NCBI GenBank assembly: GCA_010015805.1
Contig: ML978126.1
Location: 992,001 to 1,056,000, forward strand
Direction of reading: 5' to 3'
DNA from: Rhizodiscina lignyota
Lineage: Eukaryota
Length of the DNA: 64,000 nucleotides
Shown here one piece after another: positions 22,450 through 34,783 of the stretch. The position numbers and the translations under genes are program-made. Each line of letters starts with the position of its first letter. The first letter of the stretch is position 1. A model generated the notes under the pieces. That model had not been told where the DNA came from, searched no databases, and saw only the letters and a list, made by a program, of their open reading frames with translations.

Positions 22450-22875
22450 GTTGAGTCGTGAATCGCAAATGAGTAGGTCGAATTCGAATAATAACTGTTC
22501 CTGTCAAACGGTCAACTGAGTACCAGGATCGATGTTATATAGACCCTTTGAAAAGGAGAGCAATTGCACGTGGTCGGGTCATGACGCAGGGGATGTCGTT
22601 ATGACTTCAGCACCCGTCAATGAACGCCCGCAAAGTGTATCACAGCATGATGTCGCAATGACGCCTACAATTCTAGGAGCCCCTCAGCAGTTAATTATTC
22701 AAAATGTATGACTATTACATTTTGAAACTAACAACTTGACATGACGCTTCGACTCTCGCGATCACTTCGAGTTCATCTCTACCTAATCAGAGGTTCACGA
22801 TATCAAAAATTCCCGGAATCTCGTATCGCTCTGTCGGCCATCTGGGAGCAACAGAGGACATCGACCACTGCCAAT

Positions 22876-24600
22876 ATGGTGACCACTCGCGCAATGGCTA
22901 CTTCGCAATCAGACCCTCAGAAGTTTCTCCATACTTCAGGAGTGAATGAGTCCGTATGGGTCCATCTTGATCCGCCATCCAATCGGCCAACTTTCTCAGC
23001 ACTGGATCATGACCTGGAGACGGAAGTATGCATTGTTGGCGCCGGAATTGCGGGTATTAGCACCGCGTACGAGCTAGTCAGCCGCGGGCATGAAGTCACG
23101 TTGGTCGAAGCCAGGGAAGTCTTATCCGGTGAAACTGGTCGTACAAGCGGTCATCTATCGAATGCGCTCGATGATGGCTATGTCAATATCAAAAAGAAGC
23201 ACGGTCAGTCCGGAGCACAAGCTGCTGCTGACAGTCACACCTGGGCAATCAACAGAGTTGCCGAAATCGCCAAGTCCCTGAACATCGAATGCGAGTATCG
23301 AAAGCTGCCGGCTTATGAAATCTCCCAGTATCCTCGAGGCGATCAGGAACACGACAAGGAGGTCGAGAACCTCAAAGCTGAAGTGGCGGAAGCATCGAAC
23401 CTTGGCCTTGATGCGGAATTCCGCGACGGTCTCGCGATCAAAGGCTGGGATGGTAGCATCGACCAGCGGGATGGAGCTGTCTTCAATGGCCAAGCCACCT
23501 TCCATCCAACCAAATACCTAAATGGTGTCTTGCACTGGCTCAAGGAGCAGCCGAAATTCCAATGCTTCACCCACACCCGTGTGGTATCACTTGAAGAGAA
23601 GGGCATTGAAGTCTTCGGCATCGGCAATACGACTGTGCAGATCCAGACTGAAGCCGGACACACCATCAAGTGTGGTGATGCCGTCGAAGCAACTTGTGTG
23701 CCTCTACAGAAACTGAGCGTCATCGCGGAGATGGAGTACAACCGTACATACTGTATCGCCATGCGCTTGCCGAAAGGCTATGTTGAAGATTGCCTCATAT
23801 ACGATGAAGCCGAGGAATACAAATACGTACGTCTAACCGCATGCGACGACACTCACGACTACATTGTTGTCGGTGGTTGCGATCACAAAGTTGGACAGGA
23901 TGATCCAACCGGTCGATTTGAAGAGCTAGAGAATTGGACTCGCGAGCGTTTCAAGAAGGCAGGGCCTGTCGACTACAAGTGGAGTGGTCAAATTTTTGAA
24001 CCGGTAGATTACATGGTATGCTACCGCCCAGCATTCACTCGTACGCATGACTAAATTCTCTTGAAGGCATTCATCGGTCTTAACCAGGGCATGAAGCACA
24101 CGTACATTGTGACTGGAGATTCTGGCAACGGACTCACTCACGGTGTTCTTGCTGGCAAACTGATCTCGGACGAAATTGAAGGCGTCGGCAATCCATGGTC
24201 TAAGCCGTACTCGCCCAGCCGTCTATTGTCCATTGCCAAATCGCTTCCAACCATGCTTGGCCACGACATCCAAATCAACATGCAGTACAAGCGCTTCTTG
24301 GAGAGTGACCTGAAAGATATCGAAGACCTCGTTCCTGGTTCTGGAGGCGTCCTCAATCCCACTGCTAAATCCCCGATAGCGGTGTATAAAGATGACGACG
24401 GCAAGGTTGAGGAGTTCAGCGCGCTCTGTCCACATCTGAAGGGAGTCGTTTGCTGGAATTCCGTTGAACGGTCATTCGATTGCCCTGTTCATGGAAGTAG
24501 ATTCTCCAAAGATGGGATCTGTATCCAAGGCCCCGCAAAGGCAAATTTGAGCCCTGTGGACCGCGCCGCTGAGAGCGCGCAGGGGGTGGAGGCAAGTTAG
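22876..24600 (+). CDS. FAD-dependent oxidoreductase (DadA-like) fused to C-terminal Rieske [2Fe-2S] domain (YhfW-like)
   Basis: VCIVGAGIAG, SGETGRTSGHL and TGDSGNGLTHG; Rieske motifs CPHLKG and FDCPVHGSRF. One intron ~24016-24066. Confidence 0.9.
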
Positions 24601-25000
24601 AGGCGTTGGCCTGGAATCAAGCAAGTATGAGACAAGGACAAGAGTCTCCGGCTCAAGCTCATTGTGGATGCGTGGGTGGGGTCATTTCGGTATCGTATCG
24701 CCTCTGCTCGAATGAATGACGATGCAACACGGTTAACAAAATTTGGCTTGTTCCAACCTCTTTTAACAATACCATGAAATTTTGCATCTTTAACCTCGGA
24801 AATGAACTCTAGGAAATGAACTTTAGGACGGCCGCACCGAGCGGCCGCACCTGCAGATACGTGGCGGGTCGACTTCGGCTTCCTCAGTGAGACTGCATCT
24901 GCTCACTCTTCCTTCAATCTTCGCCCAAACTCTGCTTTGACGCTATCGCAAAATATAAAACTTACCATGCTTCTTCGAAGCCCATACAATACCATCCTCT

Positions 25001-27274
25001 ATGTCTGCTCCTCACTACAGTCCTTTGCAGTCGAATCTGGGTGAAATTCGACTTTTACAGTTGAATCCCGCAGGAACCGTAGGCGCTCCTCTCGATTGCT
25101 CTTTGGAGCGCGCCTTTCTTTCCTCCAATCCACGCTTCGAGGCTTTATCTTATACATGGGGTGAACCCGGCACTGAACAGATCATTCTGCTTGATGGCAC
25201 GGAGTTCCGGATCCGCGAAAATCTCTCGGCCGCTCTACGACGACTGCGACATGCAAGTCAGCCAAGACGTCTGTGGACTGATGTGATTTGCGTCAATCAA
25301 GATGACTTGGATGAACGCAGAGATCAAATTCTACTAATGGGATCTATTTACCAAAATGCAGAGCAGGTCGTCGTCTGGCTTGGGGAACTGACAGCCGAAA
25401 GCATTGTTGGAATTAAAATGCTGGACAACTGGTTCAAATTTTCTTGGCAGCACTTCAAATCTGAGCGTCAGAGGAATGTATATTCCCTCTCTCACTGGAA
25501 GAATGTCTTGTCAGATTCCGCTTCTCTTGAGGAGCGCAGCAATTACTCCGAAGAGCATGGTTTTGGAGAAGTTAGAGAGTTGCTTGATAGACCTTGGTGG
25601 CGGCGGGTTTGGATTGTTCAAGAAGCCGTCCTCGCTCAAACACTCGTTGTTTTGTGTGGCACAGAAACCATCCAATGGGAAAGCTTTCAAAGTGCAATCC
25701 AAGGTGGTAGCTTGAAGCTGGGTAAGCATGCTGCTGGCCACAAACGCCCGTCCGCGTTGAGTGACTGGCCCGATGCTTCATACCAAGCCATTAGCCTCCT
25801 TCGCCAAGAACGCAAACATACTGAATGGAAGAAGAGCATCTACGACCTCGCGTATAGTTTCCGGACATCAGAGTGCACCGATCCTCGCGATAGAATATAC
25901 GCCTTCCTTGGACTTGCAACAGATCTCGATGGAGCGGGCATTTCACCAAGTTACTACTTGTCGATCGCCGAAGCATATACAAATTTTGCACGAACATGTA
26001 TTAAACACCATTCTCACCTGAAAATATTGAATTGCAAGCGACAGCAATATCAAGAAGATGTAGCAGAGAGCCAGATTCGCGCATACTCTGTGAACGACCA
26101 AGCTCGGTACCACGACACGGAAGCACAGATAACAGATGGAAAGAAGACACGCGTTGGATGGGCACCACTGCCTCATGGATGGGAGAGAATTCAGGATGGC
26201 AAAGTGTCCTTTTTCAGAGATCATCTGTCGGGTAAGGAGAGTAGCATTAGCCCGTTGGCTGCACTGGCCCCATCCAGAGAGATCCCTTTCGAGATGCGCC
26301 GAATTTCCCCCCCTGGATGGACGAAAACGTGGGACAATGTCGGTCGTGCTAAGATCCGCTTCACCGGCGATTCTTATTTGTCCAAAGCTGCTACGTCAGT
26401 CTCAAATCTGCATTTACCTTCGTGGGTTCCGGACTGGGCATCGAGTTCCACTCGAGATCCTGCCCCTCTACTCGACTTTTCAGCTGCACAGCCAAGATTT
26501 TTTGCATCCGGCCAGGACACTACGTGCCGCATCTCCCCTCAAGACGATGTTCATCAGCTGAATTTAGAAGGTGTGCTGTTCGATGAGATCGAGAAACTCG
26601 CTCCGGCCTGGCACCCTACTTCCATTCAGCCGCCGCTCTCTCGGAAAGGGGTCAAAATCTTAGAAGAGTGGGAAACTCTTGCATTGGCACCTGTACCAAG
26701 TTGTCCGTATAATTCCTGGAGTAGCCGTGAAGAAGCGTTCATGCGGACACAACTTTGTGACTCGAGGAGTGATGAATCACTACCTCCCCAGACCAATACT
26801 TATTTCGACGTGTGGCGCGACGGAGCAAAGTGGGCACCGGACGCACCGGAATATACTGGCAAAGCCTACTACCAAGCCTGGTATGAAGATTCCAAGAGAA
26901 CTTTCGCGGAAGTTCACATGCTCAAATATCATATGAAACTCACCTTCGGAAAGGCAGGACTACCGGGCTGGGATGAGAAGAGTCAAAGCATTATACAAGG
27001 GTATAACGAGTGTGCGCAAAGCATCTATCGCGCCTCTGCGCACAGGGCCATTTTCGTCACCAGAAAAGGATATATCGGTCTCGCACCTTGGAACGCCAAG
27101 TTGGGCGATCAAGTCTCTGTCCTGTTGGGCGGCCACACACCATTCCTTCTTCGACCGCTCCCGGAACCATCCACGTTCACCTTGGTGGGTGAATCGTATG
27201 TCTACGGGCTAATGAAAGGCGAAATCTTTCAGGGCGAGACTAAGCCGAAAATTGAGACAATTTGCTTAGTATAG
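25001..27274 (+). CDS. HET-domain (HET-6-like) protein with a WW-like insertion
   Basis: EIRLLQL, FEALSYTWG, LWTDVICVNQ, MGSIYQNA, PWWRRVWIVQE, CTDPRDRIYA, LPSWVPDW and LVGESYVYGLMKGE. Confidence 0.92.
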   Translation: MSAPHYSPLQSNLGEIRLLQLNPAGTVGAPLDCSLERAFLSSNPRFEALSYTWGEPGTEQIILLDGTEFRIRENLSAALRRLRHASQPRRLWTDVICVNQDDLDERRDQILLMGSIYQNAEQVVVWLGELTAESIVGIKMLDNWFKFSWQHFKSERQRNVYSLSHWKNVLSDSASLEERSNYSEEHGFGEVRELLDRPWWRRVWIVQEAVLAQTLVVLCGTETIQWESFQSAIQGGSLKLGKHAAGHKRPSALSDWPDASYQAISLLRQERKHTEWKKSIYDLAYSFRTSECTDPRDRIYAFLGLATDLDGAGISPSYYLSIAEAYTNFARTCIKHHSHLKILNCKRQQYQEDVAESQIRAYSVNDQARYHDTEAQITDGKKTRVGWAPLPHGWERIQDGKVSFFRDHLSGKESSISPLAALAPSREIPFEMRRISPPGWTKTWDNVGRAKIRFTGDSYLSKAATSVSNLHLPSWVPDWASSSTRDPAPLLDFSAAQPRFFASGQDTTCRISPQDDVHQLNLEGVLFDEIEKLAPAWHPTSIQPPLSRKGVKILEEWETLALAPVPSCPYNSWSSREEAFMRTQLCDSRSDESLPPQTNTYFDVWRDGAKWAPDAPEYTGKAYYQAWYEDSKRTFAEVHMLKYHMKLTFGKAGLPGWDEKSQSIIQGYNECAQSIYRASAHRAIFVTRKGYIGLAPWNAKLGDQVSVLLGGHTPFLLRPLPEPSTFTLVGESYVYGLMKGEIFQGETKPKIETICLV

Positions 27275-27987
27275 CCTTGTGCTTAGCATAGTCGACCAGC
27301 TCGAGTGTGGCGGCGTTCTGTGCGGCTGATACTCACTGCTCAGGGACATGCAAGGGACGCAAACTCCAGATCGCTGTCTCTGTGGAACAGCAGCATTCTT
27401 TCAAGAGCAAGTGCAGCGATTACGGTAGCAGTTTATAGGGTGCAGTGTGGTATTGTGTGCTCCTGTCTCTATAAACGGGAGGAGTAACACTGTGACTCTT
27501 CTTATACCGCTTCCAAAACGACCTCACCTTACTTTCTCCTGAATCGGCCTTCCTTATATTTTCCCATTGCTCCAACTATCTCTCCTGCTCAATTGTGTGA
27601 GTGACCGAAAGTAACCCATGATTTTTGGACATTCCATAGACAATAAAGCTATAGTGACAGAACGACCATCGGATGCATGCTGCGCAGCCGCTAAAAATAT
27701 GACACCTCATTAATAGCCTTTAAGACGTATATAAACACCACCTTTGACGGCACTATCATTTCCTGTACACTCCAGATCCGAGTCCACTATGCGGGGTACA
27801 AGCAGCCGAAGGCACACTCTTAGCGCGTTGCATATCTCAACATCAGCGTTGATGAATAGTTTCGGATCAACATACTCCGTATCGTATATGATTCTCTGTG
27901 ATATTCTTTTTGGATCAGTTTTTATCGGAAGATATTCATTACACACTCTAATCTTTTGTTTTGAAGCTTCTATTTGTGTCACTAGGC

Positions 27988-28806
27988 ATGGCAGACGAGA
28001 AGATCCCCAATTACTTTCGGGAGAAGATGCAGCGCGGGGAAGTCGCCTCTACCTTGAGCGTGAAAATGGTGCGCACGAACGACATCATTATGATGGCAAA
28101 GAGCGCTGGATTTGACGGAGTGATGATCGACATGGAGCATTCATCATTCGATTTCGAGACGACAAGTCAGCTTTGCATCGCGGCTCTGGGCATTGGCATT
28201 ACCCCTATCGTCCGATCTCCATCTAAGAATTCATCATACATTGCTCGGATCTTGGATGGAGGCGCCCTAGGGGTTATTGTGCCTCACGTTAAGACAGTTC
28301 AAGATGTTAAAGACATCGTTGAGGCTGCCAAGTTTACGCCAGTGGGAAAGCGCTCTGCGGGTGGCGGCCTGCCTCATCTCCAATATCGCTCTCCTCCCGC
28401 CGAAGTTGCTAATTCTTTGTGCAACGAAGCGACACTGGTCATACCAATGATTGAAACTTTGGAGGCGCTGGAGGCTGTGAATGAGATTGCTGCCGTACCC
28501 GGTGTGGACGCCTTGTTCATGGGAAGTAGCGACATGACGGCGGAGATGGGTATTCCTGGAGAGTACGACAACAAAAAACTCATGGATGCATACGAGAGAA
28601 TGATTTCAGCTTGTACCCGAAATGGCAAATTTGCCGGCGTTGGTGGTCTTCAAACACGGCTGGACTTAGCTGAGAAAGTCTGTGGCATGGGAGCAGGATG
28701 GATTTCATCGGCCATGGACTCGGCATTATTATTCGGCGCCGTGTCTCAGAAAGGCAAAGAAATGAAGGAGTTAAATAACCGAGTCCAGCAGAAAAGTCGA
28801 AAATAG
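27988..28806 (+). CDS. HpcH/HpaI aldolase / citrate lyase family (class II pyruvate aldolase)
   Basis: AGFDGVMIDMEHS, ILDGGALGVIVPHV, PMIET and GVDALFMGSSDM. No introns. Confidence 0.9.
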   Translation: MADEKIPNYFREKMQRGEVASTLSVKMVRTNDIIMMAKSAGFDGVMIDMEHSSFDFETTSQLCIAALGIGITPIVRSPSKNSSYIARILDGGALGVIVPHVKTVQDVKDIVEAAKFTPVGKRSAGGGLPHLQYRSPPAEVANSLCNEATLVIPMIETLEALEAVNEIAAVPGVDALFMGSSDMTAEMGIPGEYDNKKLMDAYERMISACTRNGKFAGVGGLQTRLDLAEKVCGMGAGWISSAMDSALLFGAVSQKGKEMKELNNRVQQKSRK

Positions 28807-28850
28807 GTAGCAAATAACCAGAGAAGCTGAAGTCTCATTATTAGGCTTAG

Positions 28851-29307
28851 CGCTGTGGGATATTACGTTGTGTAGGTCAAATCAAATTTAGTCGCGCAAC
28901 GATCAGCCGCGCAACGCTCAGAGCGGCACGGAATAGCTTTTTAGCGAGGTTTAGTATGTTTTATATACTATATTAGGCTTAGCGCATTACTAAAGAGGCT
29001 AGTATAGCTTAGTCAGCCTTATTTTACAGTTATTTATATATTTAGGCACCGAAGTGCTTGCACAGGAGGCACCGAAGTATAACCACCTAAGTCTTAAAGC
29101 TAAGCACCCAAGTGCTCGCTGGTAAATCTAAGTAAATAATACTTACTAAGCTATACTAGCCTTTTCAGGAATGCGCTAAACCAAATAAAGTATATAAAAA
29201 GTATTAAAACACGGTAAAAAGGTATTCCGTGCCGCTCTAAGCGTTGCGCGGCTGATCGTTGCACGATTGGATTTGATTTGACCTACACAACGTAATATCC
29301 CACAGCG
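28851..29307. mobile_element. Non-autonomous foldback element / MITE, ~175-bp inverted arms, flanked by TTAG direct repeats
   Basis: The first 37 bp (CGCTGTGGGATATTACGTTGTGTAGGTCAAATCAAAT) are the perfect reverse complement of the right end. Imperfect pairing continues to ~29025/29135. TTAG at 28847-28850 and 29308-29311. Confidence 0.9.
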
Positions 29308-29881
29308 TTAGTGGTGGTGCTACTCCGTATGTAGCTTAGTCAAGACCACCCCCTTCCTTCAGCCTTTCCGGAATTTCAACATCCGAGTTGCACATTCTCT
29401 CTTCCGCCCTCTGTACTCAACTTCAATATTTTTCTAAATACATCACGACTCCCATGGGACAAGAAACATTCAAGTCTCTATGATGCCTCCCGGTGCTCAT
29501 GCTTCCGGCGTGTTCTCACTCTTTGTACAAGGTAACTCGACTTGCCTGAACCGCCTTGTTCGGATGATGAGCGTCGCGCTCAGTCATTCAAAATCGCGCA
29601 TTTTAGCACTCACCGCTGAATATCCACACCTTTTCCCATCGTCATATTATCGACGCAATTCTAGTTTTCGATGCTTTTGATGCGAACTCTAATTCAGCAC
29701 TGGAGAGCGGAAAGAAAACGACTGAAACTGAAGAATAGCGAGTGCTCGGCCACACGAGAGTATTTGATGGAAGGTGTTGGCAAAGCTGGTAATGAGCGGA
29801 GTTATGTTCAATTGAATGAGTGGAGTTCTGTCGCCTATGGTGCATCTGCCATTCCGATCATACTGACACCATACATTTACT

Positions 29882-30345
29882 TTACTTTTCATTCATCATG
29901 AAAAGAAGCGGCTTCTTAATCGCAAGCCCAACAATTGCGTCCCACGGAACAGGAACGAAACGACCCCGGCCATTCTTGGGATTATGGTACGGAGGAATAC
30001 CATACGGATCCTCCCAGCGTTGACCATGCTGCCAACCAATTAAGCGGGCACTCTGACCCCCACCTTCCTTCCTCTTCTGCTCCCGCTCTCGAGCTTCCTT
30101 CTCCTGCTTCTCCTTCTCGAGTCTTTCGCGGTCTTCTTCGCGCCGCTTACGTTCTGCCTTCTCTTCTTCTTGCAGTCAGTTTGGCTTTTGAGTCTATGAG
30201 TGTCGAAAGACGTACCCGGTGTTTCTTCTTTTTTCTTTGGGGTGGGCCCTAGTTCCAATATTGGAATATGTATGTTGATTGATATCTGGACTGATCCAGA
30301 CAGGTGGAAGGATCCAGGAAGTAGGGTCGAGAGTGCTGGAGCCAT
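29882..30345 (-). CDS. Hypothetical 138-aa protein with charged coiled-coil segment, two exons
   Basis: Exon 30345-30216, intron GTACGT..CTGAC..AG 30215-30169, exon 30168-29882 (417 nt, in frame). Product: MAPALSTLL...EEEKAERKRREEDRERLEKEKQEKEAREREQKRKE...WQHGQRWEDPYGIPPYHNP. Confidence 0.5.
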
Positions 30346-31244
30346 GGCTGTTCTTTTACTTAAAGGAAGTTTGTGTTTGCGTATTTTTAGTGCGATTGAT
30401 GGATTTTGCTTTCGATCGTCTTTTGCGTTTGGTGTTCGACATTCTAGGTTGTAAGGAAAGCGTCTTATACATTCAAAGTGTAATTTCTGTCGAAGTAATT
30501 CTTTTAGATGCGGTCTGGCGATGGAGCTCGTTCTCCAATGAAGTTCTTGCAAACTTATTACCAGAGTAATTGTTTAGGCATTCTGGCCCAATATAGTAAA
30601 TAGCGTAATTCTTTACCTATCGTCCGTCCCAGTTATTACAGTTGCATAGGCCACAGGCGTCGCTTGGATGCAAGAAATTACATCCTGCAGATGCCTCATG
30701 CGGAGATTGGGCACAAAATTACACGCTTTGACTGAATGTGGTTAGGCCGTATGCAAGAAATTACTTTGTGGCTTGAAATTCAGCAAGAATGAGATCGGAA
30801 CTTTCACCAACCGCTCTATCTATGAAATGCCCTTCTTCTTCATTCACAAGGCCAATTATGCGCCTATTTGACAAAGCCAATCGCGACAGATGAATATTAC
30901 GATAGTGCATGGGCCAACGAGGCATCGAACCAACTCTGAAATGAGGCGTACACGTGTACTCTACCTACTCGACTAATTGAACGATTCTGCCTCGTGGTAA
31001 GGTAAGTTGGGAGTCTTCTGCGTTTGCGCAAAAAGATACCTGCTCGCGCTGTACAGTGCGCCCGATGATGGTATGTAGCCTCGACAGTGAACATGGTGTC
31101 ACATTTGTCTGCATTCTTCTCTCAAGTCTCGAGAGGAATAAATCACTGCATGGTACTCCATTTACACGGCCCTCAAGTACCCAACTTCTAGTCTTTGGCC
31201 TTGGCATGCGAATTCTCGCCCGGTATTCTTGAAATAACGGGAGA

Positions 31245-32293
31245 ATGGCCGAGGCTGAAGGGTATTACGCCCTGGCAAAATTCCTTGACGAAGAAGCATG
31301 GGCCCCCATCCTGCGACGCTTCGGCGTGCTCAACACCCAAAATCTCCTGTATATGCAAGCGGAACTATTTCATCTTGAAAGGGAGTTACAAAGCATCGCC
31401 CTCGAAGATGCACAAGCAGCCTCGTCTGATCCGAGGCACGATTTCCGGTATTCCGTGTTGGACTTGCGGAACTCGGCAGCAACTGTCGATAACCCCCAAT
31501 GGAACAAGATTTTGGAAATCCGGGAGAAGCTCGAGAAATACAGTAATATTACCTGAATATCGATCGCTTGCTACATAAATACGGACATTCTTCTGATACG
31601 AGAGACAGATGACGCAGTCATAAGATATCACAAAATTCGGGCCATGTCGGGCGCGCAAAAACTTGACATCAAGAACACTCAACATATTTTGAACATTGTG
31701 AAACACAAGAAGTTCTTTCTCAAGAATACCGATATCGAGGCATGGGCTGGTCAAAACAAGCATGATCTGATCGCACTCTCCGATAATCAGCCAGATCAAT
31801 TCACGAGCTGGGTACGCGGGCCATTTCTGAGCTGGCTTCACAATGTGGTTGCGTACCGCTTTATTGTAAGTACAACGACACGTAAAGAAATCATCATCAG
31901 TGACAGTTAGCGTGGTACGTATATTGACAATCTCATAGAAAGAAGACCCGAACTCGGAGCTTACGATGTACGCCGACACCACCATATTCCTCGTTGTCAA
32001 CCTTCTCCGCTGTACACTGGCAACTCTATTCCCAGCGGCAACCACGATTGCCCTCTATGTTGTGAAGAGTATAGCAGTTCGGCTTGTGCTGGTATTTTTA
32101 TTTACTGCGCTCTTTACGCTTGTAATCTCGTGCTTAACCATGGCAAAGACTGTAGAGCTCTTCATGGCAACTGCAACGTGAGTAATCCCGTTCCATTCTC
32201 TGCGAGCATCTTGGTCTAACAGCTCTGTAAAGGTTTGCCGCAGTTCAAGTGGTTTTTATTAGCACAACTAATAGCTCAACCAATAGCTCGTAG
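31245..32293 (+). CDS. DUF6594-domain membrane protein, multi-exon
   Basis: GYYALAKFL, ILRRFGVLNTQNLLYMQAEL, EIREKLEKY, DLIALS, three C-terminal TM segments and ELFMATA/FAAVQVVFIS. Confidence 0.85.
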
Positions 32294-32442
32294 TCAATTT
32301 ACTGAGAAATACATATATGTACGCACGGCTGGATTGTGGGTATGGCTAGAATGTTCATGCCAATAAGAGGGCATTTGTTCTTCGAAATTTCTCAATTCCT
32401 ATTTTAAGGGGCCTATCGATCGCTTTATTGAAGAAGTAGAGC

Positions 32443-34055
32443 TCATGATTCCTTTATTCCCCCCGACTCCACAATCGCAGGCGGAATCCCTTCGTCAGCC
32501 AGAGCCGCAAGATCTTCCTCGCCCATCTCGCCATCCCAGCCCTTGCTGACGAGATACAGTCTGAACTTCTCATCTTCTTCCGCGAGATCCTCGCCTTGGA
32601 GATTGGGCACGAAGATCCATGTGACTAGAATGCCCGCTACGCCGCAGATAGCCGCAATGATGAAGGTCCACCGCTTGCCCAGGTTCGTCTGGATCGGCGT
32701 GAAAGCCTCCGTTCCAACAGCGGCACCGGTCTTTCCAAGGGCAGCAGAGATACCGTAACAAGTACCTCGGACGGCGGTGGCGTACGACTCCGATGACAGA
32801 AGACCGAGCATGTCGCCTGGGCCAAGATTGCCGGAACTCTGCATCAGGCCGTAGAAGACGACGAACAGCGGTACAATCTTCGTGATCTGGTCGTACGCGC
32901 AGCCAATGATGAGACCGAAGACTAGATATCCTGAGAAGCCAAGCATCATAGTCTGCTTCCTTCCAATGCGGTTGCAGAGCCATGCGCCGAGAAAGACGCC
33001 AGGCAAGCTCAGTGCACCAAGAAGAAGCTGCCACTCTGCTGTCGAGCGGATGGTGTCCTTGCTGTTGACGACGCTGGCGATGATAACGCCAGAGAACACG
33101 CCATTCGGGAAGGTGACGAAGTCGTACAGGAACCAGGCGCCGCAGGTACCAACAAGGCGCTTCCAGTAATATCGCAGCACAAGTGCATAAGGCACGTGAC
33201 GTTTGATCGCTCCGCGGCGGTAGAGCTTCGAGTTGAGCATCTTGATCCGGAAATAGAAAACGGAGAGCGGCCAGATGACACCGATGCCGAAGCAGACGCG
33301 CCAGATGGTCGAGTAATGAGTCCATCCCGCTGCTGAACCAACAATCAAAAAGATGATGACAGCAAATGGCCCACCGAAGGACAATGGAAAGTTCGTCTGA
33401 ATTATGTAAGTAAACATACTTTGGATCTAATGTTTGTATCACATACCACCATAATGAAGATGGGTCCACGCTGTTTCAAGGTCCGTTCATTCGCAGCTTC
33501 GGAAGCACTGGTACTCGATGCCGGATATTCGCCTCCTGTACCAAAGCCAACGACACCACGAGCGATTGTGAGCATCCAAAACATGCCCTGCACAGTGGTA
33601 CCTTTAGCCGCAGTCGCGAGGATGCCGCCGAGTACAATCATCGCAGTAGTGAGAACGATGGCAACCTTTCTCCCCAGGTAATCGCACGTCAAGCCGATAG
33701 TAATCTGGCCGATGATCTCCCCAACGAGCAGAGCATTACTGACGGCCGTACTGTATGCCGTGGTATATTGCGTTGGGTATTCTTTCTTGAGGAGGACGTT
33801 CGTCATTGTCATTAGATTGTTTTGGTATCCATCGCTGATGAGGGCAAAACCGGCGCAGAGGATGGTGAAGAGATCGCTTATTCTCTGTCTCCTGCTCGAA
33901 ACTTCTTTCGACGGCGCGGATGGGTCTGAAGGGTCGGCGATTGAACTCTCCAAGGGCTTGATTGTGAAGTCTTCCTTGGAGTGCTTTTCATCCTGACCGA
34001 CGCTGTAGCTGGGATTGGACGATTTCTCGTCCATAGTGTGAACGGGGTCTGCCAT
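32443..34055 (-). CDS. GIT1: MFS glycerophosphodiester (glycerophosphoinositol) transporter, Git1-like
   Basis: GFALISDGYQN, CDYLGRK, GGEYPASSTSASEAANE, WFLYDFVTFPNG and NLGPGD; one intron ~33449-33397. Confidence 0.85.
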
Positions 34056-34783
34056 GGTTTCGGCGCGCAATTGAATTGCCTGGCGGATCTCTTATCGCAG
34101 CGATACGCTCCATCTTAAATACAGCTGGGAGTTGTGGTCGCCGTTCAGAGAGGTAGTGCCACAGACGCTGTGTTACGTGTACCCTTGAGTCGCGAAGATC
34201 ATCACTGGCCAGGTGTGATCGTCGTCGACAGGGACGAAGGACCATGGTGGTGAGTGCACGACGTCGTTTCTGGTCGCGTGCAAGGCCAATTGAATGCCGA
34301 GTCTTGGCAACGTGAGGCGCCCGCAGGGATTCTGGGTTGTTTCTCACGAGACGACCTGCCACAAAAAGCAAGTCGAATCAACGGGAACGCCGCACCGGCA
34401 ATGCAAATGATCCCTGTACATGTGGCGGCCGGTCCACTGTTACTCTGTCCTGTGGACCATGTTGAGAATCTTTTCCTAGCGATGCGGAAAAGGACCTGTA
34501 AAAGGGATTGGACCGATACAGCTGTACGAACGTCACTCTTGATTGAAGGCAATCCACGCGACGCGGCCGCAAACCGCGCACCTGGAGGACGCGATACCTA
34601 GCAATTGGGTGCTTTTTCTGCATGCTGCTAGATAGAGTGAAGCGAGATCGATTGATAGAAGCTTGGCTGGCACTAAAAATGCTTGAGAACTATCTTAGTG
34701 CTTGGCGATCATAATCAATCATCGCTGAAGTGAACTCTGCTATGCACGGCCTTAATGGACACATGGAGTTCACCTTTTGTTCT

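Noticed and set aside
24797..24852. Short duplications (GGAAATGAACT x2; CGGCCGCACC x2)
   Set aside because: Too short; consistent with local slippage.
32570..33469. 299-aa alternative-frame ORF within the GIT1-like gene
   Set aside because: Overlapping frame explained by GC-rich codon bias; Arg/His-rich and not protein-like.
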